Assembly (NCBI RefSeq): GCF_009914755.1
Contig: NC_060938.1
From: the human T2T-CHM13v2.0 reference genome, Homo sapiens
Reading direction: 5' to 3' (one strand)
DNA: 64,000 nucleotides
Within the stretch, counting starts at the first letter, position 1. Every line of letters starts with the position of its first letter. Position numbers and translations under genes: made by a program. The notes below the pieces were generated by a model. That model saw only the letters and a program-made list of their open reading frames with translations. It ran no database searches and was not told the DNA's origin. Below are positions 16,310 to 32,629 of this stretch, in pieces.

Positions 16310-16520
16310 CTCCCTCTCTCTCACGACTCTAACCATGCTGGGCTCTGTACGGTTCTTTGAGCACATCAGGCAGCTTCCCAGCTCACAGTTTTGCACCAGT
16401 GTTCCCTCTGGAAAGCAGCTTTTTCTCAAGATGTTCACATGGCTCACTTTTTTCCCTGATTCAAATGTTACTTTATCAGAGAAGACTCTGCTAATCAAAC
16501 AGGGTATGTGTGTGCATACA

Positions 16521-16572
<52 letters not shown>

Positions 16573-16782
16573 CCCTCTGTTGTTCTGTCATCCTATACCC
16601 TACTTTATTGTATCATAATGGAACATATTATACATTTGTTTCTTATTTCTCTATTTTCTCTCTTCCCTCACTGAAATACAAACTACTACTTAAGAGTAGG
16701 GGCATTTAAACAATGATGTATCCCTAACACCTAGAACAGTACTCTAAAATAGTATATACTTAAAAATATTTGTTGAGTGAAG
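16310..16782 (+). mobile_element. L2 fragment with embedded (CA)n
   Basis: GGCTCACTT..TTCAAATGTTACTTTATCAGAGAAG...CACCTAGAACAGT...AAATATTTGTTGAGTGAA. Confidence 0.7.
16522..16570. repeat. (CA)n microsatellite
   Basis: About 24 perfect CA units. Confidence 0.97.
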
Positions 16783-16873
16783 GACACACAAGAATATATG
16801 AATAAATGAAGGTATACCATGTGCATGGAGAGGAAATGTTGATGGTATAAACAACATAATGATCTTGATTTAA

Positions 16874-17104
<231 letters not shown>

Positions 17105-17381
17105 TAATTCTGAAATTCATACAGAAGAGTAAATGATCAGGAATAGACAAAGCCTGGAATTGTACCCTACCAGATCCAAAATATATTACAAAGATATAAG
17201 AATTAAGAAAACACAACATTGATTCAGAAATAGACAACTTGATCAATAAAATAGAATACAAATTAGAGAAGTGGGTCAATATTTGTGAACATTTTGTATA
17301 TAAGAAAAAAACATCAGCATGTCAGATTACTGGAGGAAGGCTTTTAACTAGCTTTTTTTTTTTTTAACTCAAAAACTGTCA

Positions 17382-17717
<336 letters not shown>

Positions 17718-18039
17718 CTACTTACAAAATATGACTCAAGATTATTTTTACCTAAGCCTGCCTACCTATTAGGGTTGTTATGAGGATTACATGAGGTAGT
17801 GCATGTAAAAGAACAATGAAATGCATTAATATGTCCCTCACATAATAAATCTCAGCAAATTCAGTGTTAATAATTTTTTCAAATTTTTATTATAATAAAT
17901 AGAAATTTGGTTGATGACAACCATCAAATCTTATTCTTTGTCTTTTAGTACTTATACTGTTTGCTGAGTTAAATCAGAATCCAGTCTGCTACTTTCTCTT
18001 ATCTTGCTTTATCATCATTTACTTCCTTCTATATCTTGA

Positions 18040-18334
<295 letters not shown>

Positions 18335-18859
18335 ATCTAGATTTCTTTTAATAATTGTCTCTAAAAGCAATGTTCCACACACAAATATGACATAGTTAAA
18401 TATAAAATTAATAGTTTTCATAAGCCACTTTAAGTGTGGAAAATGAAGATAGAAAGCTTCAACTATCTTTTTTAACACTGAAGAAATTTACAGGCAGTAA
18501 GGTATAGTCCCTTCTAGTTTCACAGATTGGTATGTCTGTCTACTTAAGGCTAAACCCCTGCTGGGAATATAAATTGCTACAGAGAGCAAAATGTTTTAAG
18601 TTTTTCTTATCTTAAATTGAGAATTATCTAACAAATGTATCTATATTTTCCAATAATATCTACATAAAATGACTTCTAAATCTGAACTTAGTTAAAATTT
18701 TTGTCTAAGGAGTCAAAATGTATGGGGTAAGGTAGTGATTTGTCAAGATTAATGAAGCTGCAGAATAAATCTGATGCATCTTGTTGGCCTCGAATATAAA
18801 ATTAGCCAGGAATAATCAATACTGATATAAATCAAGAACAGATCATGTGTTAAATGTGA

Positions 18860-19154
<295 letters not shown>

Positions 19155-20262
19155 AAAACTTTTTATATTTAGAGGTCAGTGAACAACTGATTTAGAATTT
19201 TAGGTAATGTAGCAATGGTTTGTTTAATTAGTAGGGACCCCTTCTAAATTCAATTAGTATAGCCACCTAGAATAATTATAGTACTTGGGAGAAACTACAA
19301 AATAAGAACACTATAAAACCCAAGCTTAGATGGCTTTTACTCTATACTAGAAGAAGCATTGTTTCTTAATGATTAATAATCATTAGCTAAAATCACAGAG
19401 TTTATCAAAAAAATGTATTCATCTTTAAAGCATCTGTAGGGCACTAATACACCCCTGAAGCTTTTTTAAAAAATTACTCTTGGCTTTCATCCCACAGTAT
19501 AATCTTGAACAGAGAAGCAACAATGTTAGCCTCAAACATCCCAGCTAAAATCCCTCATCATTTATATAAAAATCAAAAATTAATTCTCACTTCAGCCTCA
19601 AGCTTGAGAAAGTATCAATAAACACATTCACAAAAATCCCAGTAATGAATGTAATCAGAGTGAAAAGGGCTGAATTTTCAGGAGTAAATGAACACCACTC
19701 TCATGTGCTTTCTTAAAATTGAAAAATACATCAAAGATTATTACAAAAATTAAATTTGCTAATGATGTATAAAGAGCTCTTGCATGCTAACCATATGCCT
19801 TCCACAAAAATAGAAATCGTTAATAACCATCTCAACTGAGTTACTCGTGGTGAGTCATCATTTATGTTGGCCTAATGTAGTCTGAGATAGTCTCACTCAT
19901 GTTTATATTTTCTGGAAGCCCCGAAGCCACCCTTATAAATTGAAAGAGACACAGTAATAGAGATAGAGAATGCAACAAAGATTCTGTATCATCATAGAAC
20001 TCCAATCACAGAATAAATTAAATAAAACTGTACTCAGAGAGACAGTTGGAAACAGATACTTAAAATAATGATCTTATATAAAACTTCATTAAAAAGGAGG
20101 GTGGAGTATACTGTGGTTTTATAATCATTTTTTATAAATGATCAGCACTGTTAATTTCCTAGGAATTTTCCACTGGAAGAGACAAAAATCTTATTGATCT
20201 CTCTCTTCTCACATTTACATATATTTTACATGTATACAAAGCATATTACATGTATGTGTTTC

Positions 20263-20456
20263 TTTGGAGGTCCTTTGCCCCTTCCACCATGTGAGGACAA
20301 AACTAGAAGACACCATCTATGAGGAAGCAGACTCTTACCAGACATCACTGGTACCATGATCTTGGACTTCCCAGAACTATGAGAAATAAATTTCTGTTGT
20401 TTATAAGCTCCTCAGACTATGGTAATTTCTTACAGCAGCCCAAATAGACTAGACAA
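20263..20456 (+). mobile_element. MaLR LTR 3' half (MSTD/MLT1A-like)
   Basis: CCACCATGTGAGGACA...ATCTTGGACTTCCCAG..GAGAAATAAATTTCTGTTGTTTATAAG...GACTAGACA. Confidence 0.8.
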
Positions 20457-21562
20457 CACTCATGAGATACCCACATGCCGAACGTGCATACCTCGCCATG
20501 TGGGCAGTGAGGACAGGCTGGAAGCGATTTCTCAAACATAAATTATCAGGCACATTCCCAATGGATTTGGGATTTTACGTTCCTTGAAGAATGGAGGCTT
20601 TGTTTTAGTCACCTTGTATTTCCAGAGCTGAGCCAGTGCCTGGCACAGAACAGACAATAAGTGTCTTACGGAATCAGACCAATGCACCACAGGTGTGAAC
20701 CAGAGATCTCCCTGCTCCAGTTAAGCAATATGTGAAAAGTCACATATGCCTAACTGGCTTTGCCACTTTGTAACTGGCCAAACTCATGTGAGATTCTTAC
20801 TAATTATTTGTGTAGAACTAATTGTGCTTTTTTCCTGTTTGTTGAATTCATGTCATAAACTCACTATTTAAATTTGCATATTCTTCTAAGTTCTTCCCTT
20901 CCTGTTTCTTGAGAGCGGGGACTATATGTTTTGGCATGACACATTGAATAGAATATTTCAGGTCTATAAGGTTCCAAAACTACTGTCATTTTTGGAAGAA
21001 ACGTGATGAAAACATACTACAGAATACTATAGTAAGAAATATAATTCTTATGGGTAGCATGCTTATATTCTTTCCCAGTAGAGTTAAAGGTTACAAATGC
21101 CATTAAAAATGCACATATAATATTTAAACAAGTGAATGCAGTAAAAGTAAAGGTAGAATTATTTATCTTCTGCACTCCTTTAGAACAAGGGCTACATACT
21201 ATTATTCTTTGAATCCTGATACTGAATACATAGCAGGACCCCAATTTACATTGAAGTGAAAGTATACATAAATGGAAAAAAATGCTATTCCAATAAGCAT
21301 TTATAAAAGCTATTTATGAAAGCACCAATAGTTTGGTAACAATCAGTGCTTAAAAACAGTAATAAAATCTTTTTATCGAACATCTACTTGATATTAGGCA
21401 GTACTATCAAAGTATTGCACGTACATTACTTCATTTAATCTTAACTACAACTTTAATATGAGATAGGTGTCATAACCCCCACGTGATAAATGAAAAACTG
21501 TGTTTTAGAAATGAGTGACTTGCCAAAGTCACCTGCATAGTAAGTGGCTTAGCCAGGGTTTC

Positions 21563-21880
<318 letters not shown>

Positions 21881-23629
21881 AGCCAGGGTTTCAATCCAAG
21901 TGTGGCTGATGTTCATGTTCTTAACCACAACCATACCCCAAATAATTGGTTAATTGGAGGAACACTACCAAAAGGAAGACACAATTAAAGAGAAGGACAA
22001 TAAATTTCTCAGGCATCCAAATTCCTTAATGTGTTCTTTATAACAATGTCAAACAATTGGCATCTTCTTAGGGTCACTGCTTAATTTTATTAGACAGAAC
22101 AAACCTGATGTGAGAAATAATTAACTTCGAGGGAAAGCCCCTGGTTCAATGAAGCCTTTTTATTAGAACAGTAAAACAATTAAGTTTGTTGTGCCATTGA
22201 CGTGCCTTCTCTGATTTCTGATGAGAAAAAATGTCTTTTTCCACTGCCATACAAACAGTGGATTCTGAAAACCTCCAAGCCAGAAAACACTACTAATGAG
22301 ATTTGAGAACACAGAGGGGCTCTGAGACTGCATGTTTGATTTGAAAGGAGAGAGCACAGCTCAACGGAGGGTCATGCCAATATTCCTGCAGTGTGGCACA
22401 GGTGCAAATAAATGCTGAGGCTCTGAAAACAGTCTTCTCATCGTTTACGGCTCTCAGTCCCAACAAATGATTGATTTATCTCAACTGTTAAGGAAAGAGG
22501 TCCAGACAAAGTTAAAAATAGCAGAGCCCACATTGTATACCAAGGCAATTTTTTAACAACTTGATCACTGACTGAGAAGAATCCTGAAAATTCTAGAATT
22601 CATGTGGGAGCTAAAGAGGTTCATTTTCTAGAAATGCTAGAAATTAGAGTTTGATGATTTCACACCAATGATATTGGAATACAAACTAACATAAAAACTG
22701 CAACTTACTCTATAGTTTAAAATATATTTAACTGCCCTGAGAGGAGATATATTAGAAAATGATGACACTTTGATTTGCCATAGTCAGTGTAAGATCTGCT
22801 GTACCTAATACATAGCTTTACATTGTTATATTCCTTCTTTTGTTCTGTGTTGAATTACCTAATTTATTTTTACGAGACTGAGCTCTGCTTATTTCATTGC
22901 AAGACCTGAAATCATGTGTTTACTGCTCCCTACTCAATTTATCTTTAAAGAGGGACATAAAAGGCAGAAATGGTTTGTTAGGTTTTTTTTTTTTTTTTGC
23001 TTTATCTCAGATACAGAGCTTTGCCCAAGATATCCTGCATCCACACAAATGCTGATAATTAATGATGTGAATCAACTGAAATCCATATACCTCTTTATTA
23101 GAAAAGCAAAATCTGACCTGAAGACTGAAAGTGTCCTGTGAATGAGAAATTTATCTGCACCAAAATCCAGCATAATACCAAGAATAAAACCCTTTCTAAT
23201 TGTACATGTAAAATCCTGATTAATACTTGCTCTGACTATTTATTAGAAATGAGATGAGAGAAGAGTTCATTCAATATGCCTGGCTGCAAATGGACCAAGC
23301 ACTCTGACGTGGTACTCTTTCACTGACCCATGTTCACAAATTCATTTAACTACTTGGACATCATCCTCTTAATTCTTAAAACCCAAAGCATACCCCACAT
23401 TATTCTTAATACCTTAACATTCCTATGGCTCTTTTCTTTTAACATCTAATTGATTTTCCACTGAAATTTCTTTCAAAAGACTGAACTGGAATCCGATTAC
23501 TCCAAGAAGGATCATATTAACAGTCAAGAATTCAGTTCCTAATCTTTCTATCAAAAGAGGGAAATGCTGTTCAGCATGAGGCAGGGGCCATTTAACCTTC
23601 CTCTTTCTCTGCTGTTCCATCTGTCTAAA

Positions 23630-23870
23630 GGATCCTGGTATAGAGTCATGACTAAAACCATGGCTTTGGCATCAGACTGGCCTATATTCTAATCCTTACT
23701 AGATGTGTGATTTGGGATGAGCCATGGGAAGTTTAAGGTATTCTCTTTGCCTCATTTTCCTCATCTGAAGAATGTTAATAATAATGTTAAAGTATTAATT
23801 GAATTAAATAAGAAAGTGTTTGTGGGAGCTCTTAGTAAACTTTAAAGTAACTGACATATAAGTGTTGGTT
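23630..23870 (+). mobile_element. MIR
   Basis: GGCTTTGGCATCAGAC...CTTACTAGATGTGTGA...CCTCATTTTCCTCATCTG. Confidence 0.7.
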
Positions 23871-23959
23871 ACATATCCTGGCTCTGGGTCCCATTAAAAA
23901 GAAGCCATTTCTACAATGTAATGTACAACATACAACTCTACAAGTACAGAAGGCCCCAA

Positions 23960-24990
23960 AAGCAAGAAACCATAAAAGAAAAGGTCTGTTTGACCATATA
24001 AAAATTTAAAATTTCTACGTGGCAAATAATAAATAAATAAATAGTTACTAAAATAGGACCGAAGAATCAATTGTTAGCTGGAAAAACTATTTGCAACACG
24101 TAAGATAAACGAAAGGCTTATATCGCTAATATGTTTTTTAAAAAGATCATAAAAGTTAATTTAAAAGAAACAGCATACTAATAAAAACAATGGATAGAGG
24201 ACATAGTAGGCAATTTGCAAAACATACAAATGGTCAATAAACATAATAAATACATTCAACCTCACTAATCACTGAATATCCAAAATAAAAACCATACAAT
24301 AAATTCAAATTCAGACAAGCAGAGGTATTTTTAAATGGGCAAAATCACCATTTGCAAGGAATAAGAGAAATGGACACACTCAAAATATGTCAGTAGACTG
24401 TTAAGTCATTACAGTCTTTCAGGTTTGACACTATATATCCAATAAAAAAAATGCGTAACCTTTGTGCCAAAAATCTTCTAGAAATTTGCTCCCAAATAGG
24501 TAATTGTCCATGTACCAAAATACTTATGAAAATCATTTTTATCATATTATTTTTAATATTAATATTGGAAGTAATTTAAATGTTCTTCAATATAGAATTG
24601 CTTAAATAAAGAATGTTACAGCCATACAAAGTAGCACTATACAACCAATCCAAAAACGTGGTATATACTTGTATTTGCTGCCACAGAAAAATATCCATGA
24701 CACACTGTAGGCATAGAAATTGATTACAAAAAGTGTAGTATAGTTTCATACATAAAAATGCTATATTTATATATATACATGTGCCTAGAGAAATATCAGA
24801 AAGTATATTCACTCAAATGCCACTAGGTAATGAAGCTTCCAATTATTCTGATTTCTCATTTGTATTTTCTGTATTGCTTCATTTTTCTTCACGAGTATGT
24901 ATTATTTTTACAATCAGAGAAAATGAAGCTATTTTCATTTTATTAGAAAACAAATATACTACTTCCCTAGAGATAATATTTTAATAATGA
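23960..24990 (+). mobile_element. L1ME-like 3' fragment
   Basis: Degenerate ORF2 C-terminal and 3' UTR motifs (AAAATTTAAAATTTCT, CAACCTCACTAAT, GGACACACTC). Confidence 0.55.
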
Positions 24991-25109
24991 TATAACTGCT
25001 CTAGGTCTTTTTCTATATGTTTTATAAAGTTAGAAATGCATTTCTGGGACTCACAGGGATAAAACGAAATTGGAACATTGCAGAGATGATTAAATTGAGA
25101 GCATCTCAC

Positions 25110-25290
25110 ATTCCAAACTTGAAAAAGGCTGCCTTACCAAGTTCCACATCTTACTAGCTGGGTGGCTTTCTGCAAGTTACTTAATCTCTGTGCGCTCAAT
25201 TTTCTCTCTTCTGTAAAATATGGGTAATAATAACACTTATCTAGTAAGATTACTATTAGGATGAAATGAATCAATGTCTTTAAAGCTCTT
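25110..25290 (+). mobile_element. MIR
   Basis: CTTACTAGCTGGGTGGC..GCAAGTTACTTAATCTCTG..CTCAATTTT..TCTGTAAAA core. Confidence 0.75.
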
Positions 25291-28141
25291 AGATTTATAG
25301 CTGACATCCTAGAAAAGAAGTCTGCCGTTCATTGTAAAATGAAATCATACACAATATCTACGTGGCCCATCATGAAAGTACTGATTACTCTTATTATCAT
25401 GTGTCACCTAAGGACACTGTGAGAGAACTAATAATTTTTGCTGTCCCAGAGTATTGACAGTCAAATAGTCTACTGAGTGTGATTACATTTAAATATAGCA
25501 TCATCAAACCAAGCGGGGAGAGAGAGAGAGGTCAGCGAAGGCGTACCAGAGAGCCAAAGTCCAGGATATCTGAGGTTGTCCAATTCTGGCAAGGTGATAT
25601 CAATTACTTTGACAAATCAATAAACTTCTATATTAAACTATTACTACTACCTTGCATTTATACAGTGCATGAGAGTTTTGGGGGAACTTGCCCATCTCCA
25701 TGATGAGTTGGCAGTCTTTCTGATCATGCTGCCAGTTGAATGTGGGAATGGAGACTGTGCTCAACCAGCACTTTAGGATACCAACTCCTATGGGGGCAAA
25801 TGGTACAGGGAAGCTAGAGGCTTAGGAAGAATGATGTGGAGGGATAGGGAAAAGAAGGCAGGTCATGGAGAGAAAATAGCCAGGATACTAATGTATGTCA
25901 GTAGCAGCAACAGATTAGCAGCCCCCAGAGAAGAGTTTACATCGTTTCTGAAATTCTCTACTAAACTCTGGAAAACTTACTCTGAGAACAATAAAAAAAT
26001 GGGAAAAATGAACCTTTCAGGTTAAAGCAGGGATGCAGGGTGGGGTAAACTTTTTCATTCATTTATTCCAATGTGTCAACTGTGCTAAGTGCTAGGCTTA
26101 TAATGGGGTACAAAACCCTCACATAACCTCCAGTGTGATGCCCTGCCTACTCACCTGCCTTACACCTCCCTGAGTTCCAAGATAATCCCTCAAGAATCTT
26201 CGACCCGCCTGTGCAACTTAAAAATCACTAGATTCAGTGTTGTTCTGGGTTCAAAAAAAATGCTTGAAACAAACTGATTTAGGGTATGTTTGTATCAAGA
26301 AATAAAAATTACAATCTTGAAAATGAGAGTCATAAATCATGAAATCTGAAAGACCAATCAATTATTCAAAGCCATTAGATCTGGCTTTATGCAATAAAGA
26401 TCTGAATTTACACAATAAGGAAAAAATACTGTCTGAAAATGAAAATAGAAACACAGAGATATACATATTACCAAAACTCCCTAAGTCAGAGGTCATGCAT
26501 TCATCTATAAACTTATGAAACATTCTTATTACACAAAGAAATTATGCAAACTGCAAAAGAGCTTTTTGTTTCAATAAAGCTATTAAATGCATTAATTGCT
26601 CTGTGTTATTACTTAAAGGCAGCACAATTAATTTGTCATTCCTACCAATGCCTATGTGTTTTTGTATGGCTCTCTCTCTTTAGCTATCCCAAAGTACTTT
26701 CCTAAACATTTATTTTATTTTTATCCTTTGTTGTAGAGCTGCAAAACGTGTTTCATCACAGACTGGGGAAGCTGACATAAGTTCAGAAACAAAAAAAAAG
26801 TCAAATGTGGTTCAGCATGTTCCGTAATTAAACACAGTTGCAGGAATGGGAGGCTTCGTTTTTCACTCTCTTGCTATCAAAAACTTACCCACTGATCCAA
26901 AGTAAAAATAAGAGCTAAAAACCTGTAACTTTTCTAAATAGAAAGAAGATAAATTAAAATCTGTTCTTTAAAATACAGGAAAGTATGATTTATGTTTTCA
27001 TGATTTTGAAGGTACAGTCTCAAAACCTTAACTGAATGCGTAATGTCTAACAGACCATTAAGTAATGGGAAGAAAATGCCAAGTAAAGGGAAGAAAATGT
27101 TTTCACTATCACCTAGAAATTGAGTGTGATGGAGAAGGATTTGGAGATGACTTCAGCCTGGTTTTATCAAATTATGAATCACCAGCATTCTGGGAAATCT
27201 GGACTAAGCCATATGATTTCTCATAGCCATAAATGACCCAGGAAAGCTCTACACCTCTGGACATAGGAAGAACAGACAACCATCCTGCAGAAATCAGAGC
27301 AAAAAACACCCTGAAACAACTTCCCAACCATTTCACTGGCTGTTCTGAAAGACTTGAATGAGTCACGACTGACCTGGCTCTTGGGGTTCACCAGCCTAGT
27401 TATGACCTGATTTCAGAATGGACAAAGAAGGACAGATCTTTTTATCTAACAGCCTTGTGGAGCAAGATTTGATGAATAAAATACATCTTAAGTTGACCTC
27501 TTTTGACAGGAACAGACACATAGGGGCTGGATTTTGAGTATTCTGAGAATAGTAACAATAATTTTGTACTTAAAAGCTTAAAACATGCTTGCAATGTTAT
27601 TTGACTAGATCTCATAACAACTGTGTAACATAGGTAGGACTATATAATTATGTCTAGAACCAGAGCTCTTTTTCTGGCTTATTATCCTATGATATAATAA
27701 TGCAAATGATATACATTCTGGGTTCCACCTTATACAGTGCATTTTTAGATTCAGTTGCATATAGGGGTCTTCCTTTGTAATCCCTGAGGTTTTGAGGAAA
27801 GGAAAATAATTTTACTTGATTTTTTTAATCCTTAGACGTAGATAACTGCATTTATATCTATATCTATAGCTCTATCTATAGCTACATCTACATCTTTATC
27901 TGTATGTGTATCCATCTACATGCACAAAGATATGTCAAGGAACTGAAGACACAAATATGTATGCAAACATAAATTTACATTATATAGTAGACATGCATAT
28001 ATATGAAATATTCCAAATAAGCATGTGACTTAATTATTAATAGTTAAATTAACACCTATAAATTCTTTGTTCTCAGTTAAGCAAAGTGTAATAGAATAAA
28101 ACCAAAGCACATTTTCAACATGTTAAGTGTTGGTTGTATCT

Positions 28142-30755
28142 AATATCCCTGATGAACATAGATGCAAAAACCATCAACAAAATACTAGCAAACTGAATTC
28201 AACAGCATATTAAAAGGATCATACACTATACGCCATGATCAAGCTGAATCTATTTCTAGGATGCCAGGATGGTTCAACATGCACAAACCAAAAAATATGT
28301 TACACCACATTAACAGAATGAAGAATAAAATTTTCATGACCATCTCAGTAGATGCAGAAAAAACATTTGACATATTTATTGATAAAAACTCTCAACACAT
28401 TAGGTATAGGAAGAATATACCTCAACTCAATAAAGGCTATATATGGCAAGCCCACAGCTAACATTATATTCAACGGTGAAAAGCTTAAAGCCTTTTCCGT
28501 AAGATCAGAAAAACAAGAATGCCCATTCTCACCACTTCTATTCAATATAGTACCTGAAGTCTTAGAGCAATTAGGCAAAATAAGTAAATAACATCCAATT
28601 TAGAAAGGAAACAGTAAAAGTGTCTCTGTTTGCAGACCTTATATATAGAAAACCATAAATCTTATATACAGAAAAACATATATCTTATATATAGAATAAT
28701 CATAAAGACTTCATGACAAAGCTGTTAAAGCTAAAACAAATTCAGTACAGTTGCAGTATATGTTATCAACAAACAAAAATCAGTTGTGTTTCTATACACT
28801 AACAATGAATTATCCAAAACAGAGATTAAGAAAGCAATCCCATTCACAATAGCATCAAGGAGAATAAAATACTTAGTAATAAATTTAACTATGGAAGTGA
28901 AAAATCTGTACACTGTAAACTATAAAACAGTGGTGAAAGAAATTGAAGAAGACACAAATAAATGGAAAGACATCCCATGTTCACAGATTGAAAGAATTAA
29001 TATTGTCAAAATACCCACCAAAGGAATCTACACATCAGATTCAATGCAATTCCTATCAAGATTCCAATGACATTTTTCAGAAAAATAGAAAAACAATTAT
29101 AAAATTCATGTAACCCACAAAAGACCCTGAATAGCTAAAGCAATCTTGTGCAAAAAATACAAAGCTAGAGGCATTATTCTCTCTGATTTCAAATTATATT
29201 ACAAAGCTTCAATAATCAGAATAGTATGGTACTGGCATTAAAACAAACATGTAGACCAATGGAACAGGACAGAGAATCCAAAAATAAACCCACACCTGTA
29301 AAGTCAACTAATCTTCAGCAAAGATGCCAAGAGTACACAATGGGGAAAGAACAGTATCTTCAATAAATTGTTTTGGGAAAACTAGTTATCTGCATACAAA
29401 AGAATAAAATTGGGACTTCATCTCACATCATATCCAAAAATCCACTCAAAATGGATTAAATACTTGAACATAAGAATTGAAATCATAAAAGTCCTAGAAG
29501 AAAACATGGAGGGAAATTTCCTTAAAATTGGTCTTGGCAATGATTTTTTTGATATGACACCAAAAGTACAAGCAACAAAAGTAAAAACAAACACGTGGGA
29601 CCACATCAAACAAAATAGTTTCTGCACAGCAAAAGAAACAATTATCAAAATGAAAAGGCGACCTACAGAATGGGAGGAAATATTTGCAAACCACTAATCT
29701 GATAAGAGGTTAATATCCAAAATATATAAGGAACCCATACAACTCAAAAGCAAAGAAACAAATAACCCGACTTTAAAATGGGCAAAGGACCTGAATAGTC
29801 ATTTCTAAAAAGAAGACATACGAATGGCCAAGAAGCATATGAGAAGGTACTCAACATCATTAGTCATTAGGAAATGCAAGTCAAAACCACAATGAGATGT
29901 CACCTCACACATGATAGGATGACTATTATCAAAAAGTCAAAAGATAGCAATTGTTCACAATGATATGAAGAAAAGGGACCACTTATACACTGTTGGTGGG
30001 AATGTAAATTAGTACAGCCATTATGGAAAACCGTATGGAGGTTCCTCAAAAAATTAAAAATAGAACCACCATATAATCCAGCAATCCCACTTCTGGGTAC
30101 TTATCGAAAAGACATGAAATCAGTATTTTGAAGAGGTAGTTGCACTCCTTTGTTCATTGCAGCATTATTTACAATAGCCAAGATATGGAATCAACCTAGT
30201 GACCATCAACAGATGAATGAATAAAGAAAATGTCTATATATTTTTAAGTATTATAAAGCCTTGAAAAAAAGAAAATCCTGCTGCCATTTGCAATAACATG
30301 GATGAACCTGGAGGACATTATGTTAAGTGAAACAAGCCAGGCACAGAAAGACAATGCATGATCTCACTTACAAGTGGAATCTGAAAAAGTTGAACTCATA
30401 GAATCAGAGTAGAAAGGTAGTTACCAGGTACTTAGAAGTGGGGGAAATGGGGAGATTTGATCAAAGGGTATGAACTTTCAGTGATAAGATGAATAAGTTC
30501 TGAAGACCTAATGTATAGCATGGAGACTATAGTCAATAATAGTGTATACTTGAAATTTGCTAAGAAAGTAGATCTTAAGTATTCTTACCACACACATAAA
30601 CATAAAAGGTAACTGTGAGGTGGTGGATATGTTAATTAGCTTCATTGGGATAATCACTTAAGAATATACATATTTCAAGACATCAATCTGCACATTTTAT
30701 ATATATATAAAATTTTTATTTGTCATAGTTCTGTGAAAACATAAAAATAAACAAA
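28142..30755 (+). mobile_element. 5'-truncated L1MA (MA8/9-like), ORF2 RT to 3' UTR
   Basis: Several frameshifted ORF2 peptides in the ORF track ([12 protein letters not shown]; KWKDIPCS; HSKWIKYLN) plus an L1MA 3' UTR. Confidence 0.92.
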
Positions 30756-32118
30756 CAAGAAATTGATTGTTTGCCCTGGTGCCTGTAGACCACATTTTGT
30801 TGGTTAACCAGAATTTAGATCTATCACTAAGACTAAGGGAGAGAATACAATATAAATTACTGTTTAACTAAAAGACATATGTTTTGCTAGCCCACTTCAA
30901 CACTAATTAAAGCACACATTCATTTTAAAATGAAAATAAACTACAAAAGGTTTAAAACAAACTAATGTATGGCATTAAACCATATGGTCTTTCTTTTGTG
31001 TAACTGTAGCTTGCATATTTAACTCTTCATCTAAATGTTTCCTTCTCCTCTTTCAAAATTCTCCCAAAGTATACTATTATATTTATCCTTTCCCCTTGAG
31101 TGTTATAATGAATATTCTTCAGCATCAAATTTTTGTCAGCCTAAAATATACTTACATATGTTATATAGGTATACAGATTTTGATACATACTCGTTCTGCA
31201 TTTCACAGGTAAAGACAGAAAAATAAAATATTAACCAACCCCATCTCAGCACCCCTGGCACATATACCTGATTTCTTTTAGTTTTTACATTCCCAATAAG
31301 CAGCCATTGTCCTTTGTGCCCACATGTGTATGATCCACAGTCTGGATCATAAGACCACAATAAAGCTTGTAATCAAGCCTTGTAGACATAATTGTGTACT
31401 CTGAAGTTAGATTCCCAATTATGGATTTCCACAGACTATAAATAATAGTTAAATGGTTGAGTGCTCTCTGACATAAAATTAAAGAAGAAAGAAATTCCCA
31501 CATTAAGAAAAACACGACTTGGAAAAATCAGATAAAAGTCCTTACAGTGCTGGCATTTTTTGTCAATGTATAAATTAGAGGCATAGACAAGGTATTCTTC
31601 TCACCATTATAGACTTGCACAAGCTTTAAGAATGACAAAGGCCATATATTGATAAATATTGTACGAATGCTTCATATATGCTAAAGTAACATACAATAAG
31701 CATTTCAAAATGTTTCAGCAGAAAATATTGCAAGTGGATGGTATAGAAGGAAAATAAGGGGAGACAGAAAAATAAATGATGCAAGGAAGACAAGAAGGAT
31801 AGGCTTGCATCAGCTCTAGAGAATTAAAGAAATTAGTGCTAAGATATTTGATAAGCTAGAAGTATACCTTCGTAGTTGCTCTGATAAGTTCTTGAAACTT
31901 TTAGGTGGTCATCAGCTCAAACCACTATGTTGGATTTAGTTTAAAAAGCTGCCGGTATCTCAAAGCATAAATGAGAATTTTTTCCATGCAACTTAGGAAA
32001 TCTAAAGTCCCCAAAGAAGTAATGCTTGTGCACATGCACACACACGCACACACACACATGCACACGCATACATAAAATGCTAAGGACAACAAAAAGGAGA
32101 AAGAAAGAAGAGCCTTGG

Positions 32119-32483
32119 TGTCTTAGTCCATTTGAGCTACCATAACAAAAAGACTGAGTGGCTTGAACAACAGAAATTTATTTTTCACAGTTTTGGAGGC
32201 ATGAAGTCTGAGATCAGGGTGCCAGCATGGTCAGGCTCTGGTGAGGGCCCTCTTCCTAGCTTGCAGACAGCCAGCTTCTCACTGTGTCTTCATATGGTGG
32301 AAGAGAGTCCTGTTGTCTCTCCCTCTTCTTATGAGGAGACCAGCTCCACTGGATCAGGGCTCCACTCTCATTTAACCCATTTAATCTTAATTACCTTCTT
32401 AAAGGCCCTGTATCTCATACAGTCACATGAAGGGTTGGGATTTAACACATGAAATTGAGGGAGACACAATTCAGTCCACTGCA
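32119..32483 (-). mobile_element. MLT1A-like MaLR solo LTR
   Basis: TGTCTTAGTCCATTTG.GCTACCATAACAAAA...GACACAATTCAGTCCACTGCA. Confidence 0.85.
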
Positions 32484-32629
32484 TCTGCTTCTTTGGTTAT
32501 GGGTCAGTGTTGATGAATGATGCAGAGGACTCACAAGTCCTTGACTCCTGCTCTGCCTGTCCCCATTTCACACAGAATGACAGATTATAACGAGCAGAAT
32601 GTGGATTATAAGCACTGCTGAGAGACGAT

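Noticed and set aside
16262-16709. Overlapping ORFs with (HT)n and (VC)n tracts
   Set aside because: Produced by the (CA)n microsatellite inside an L2 fragment.
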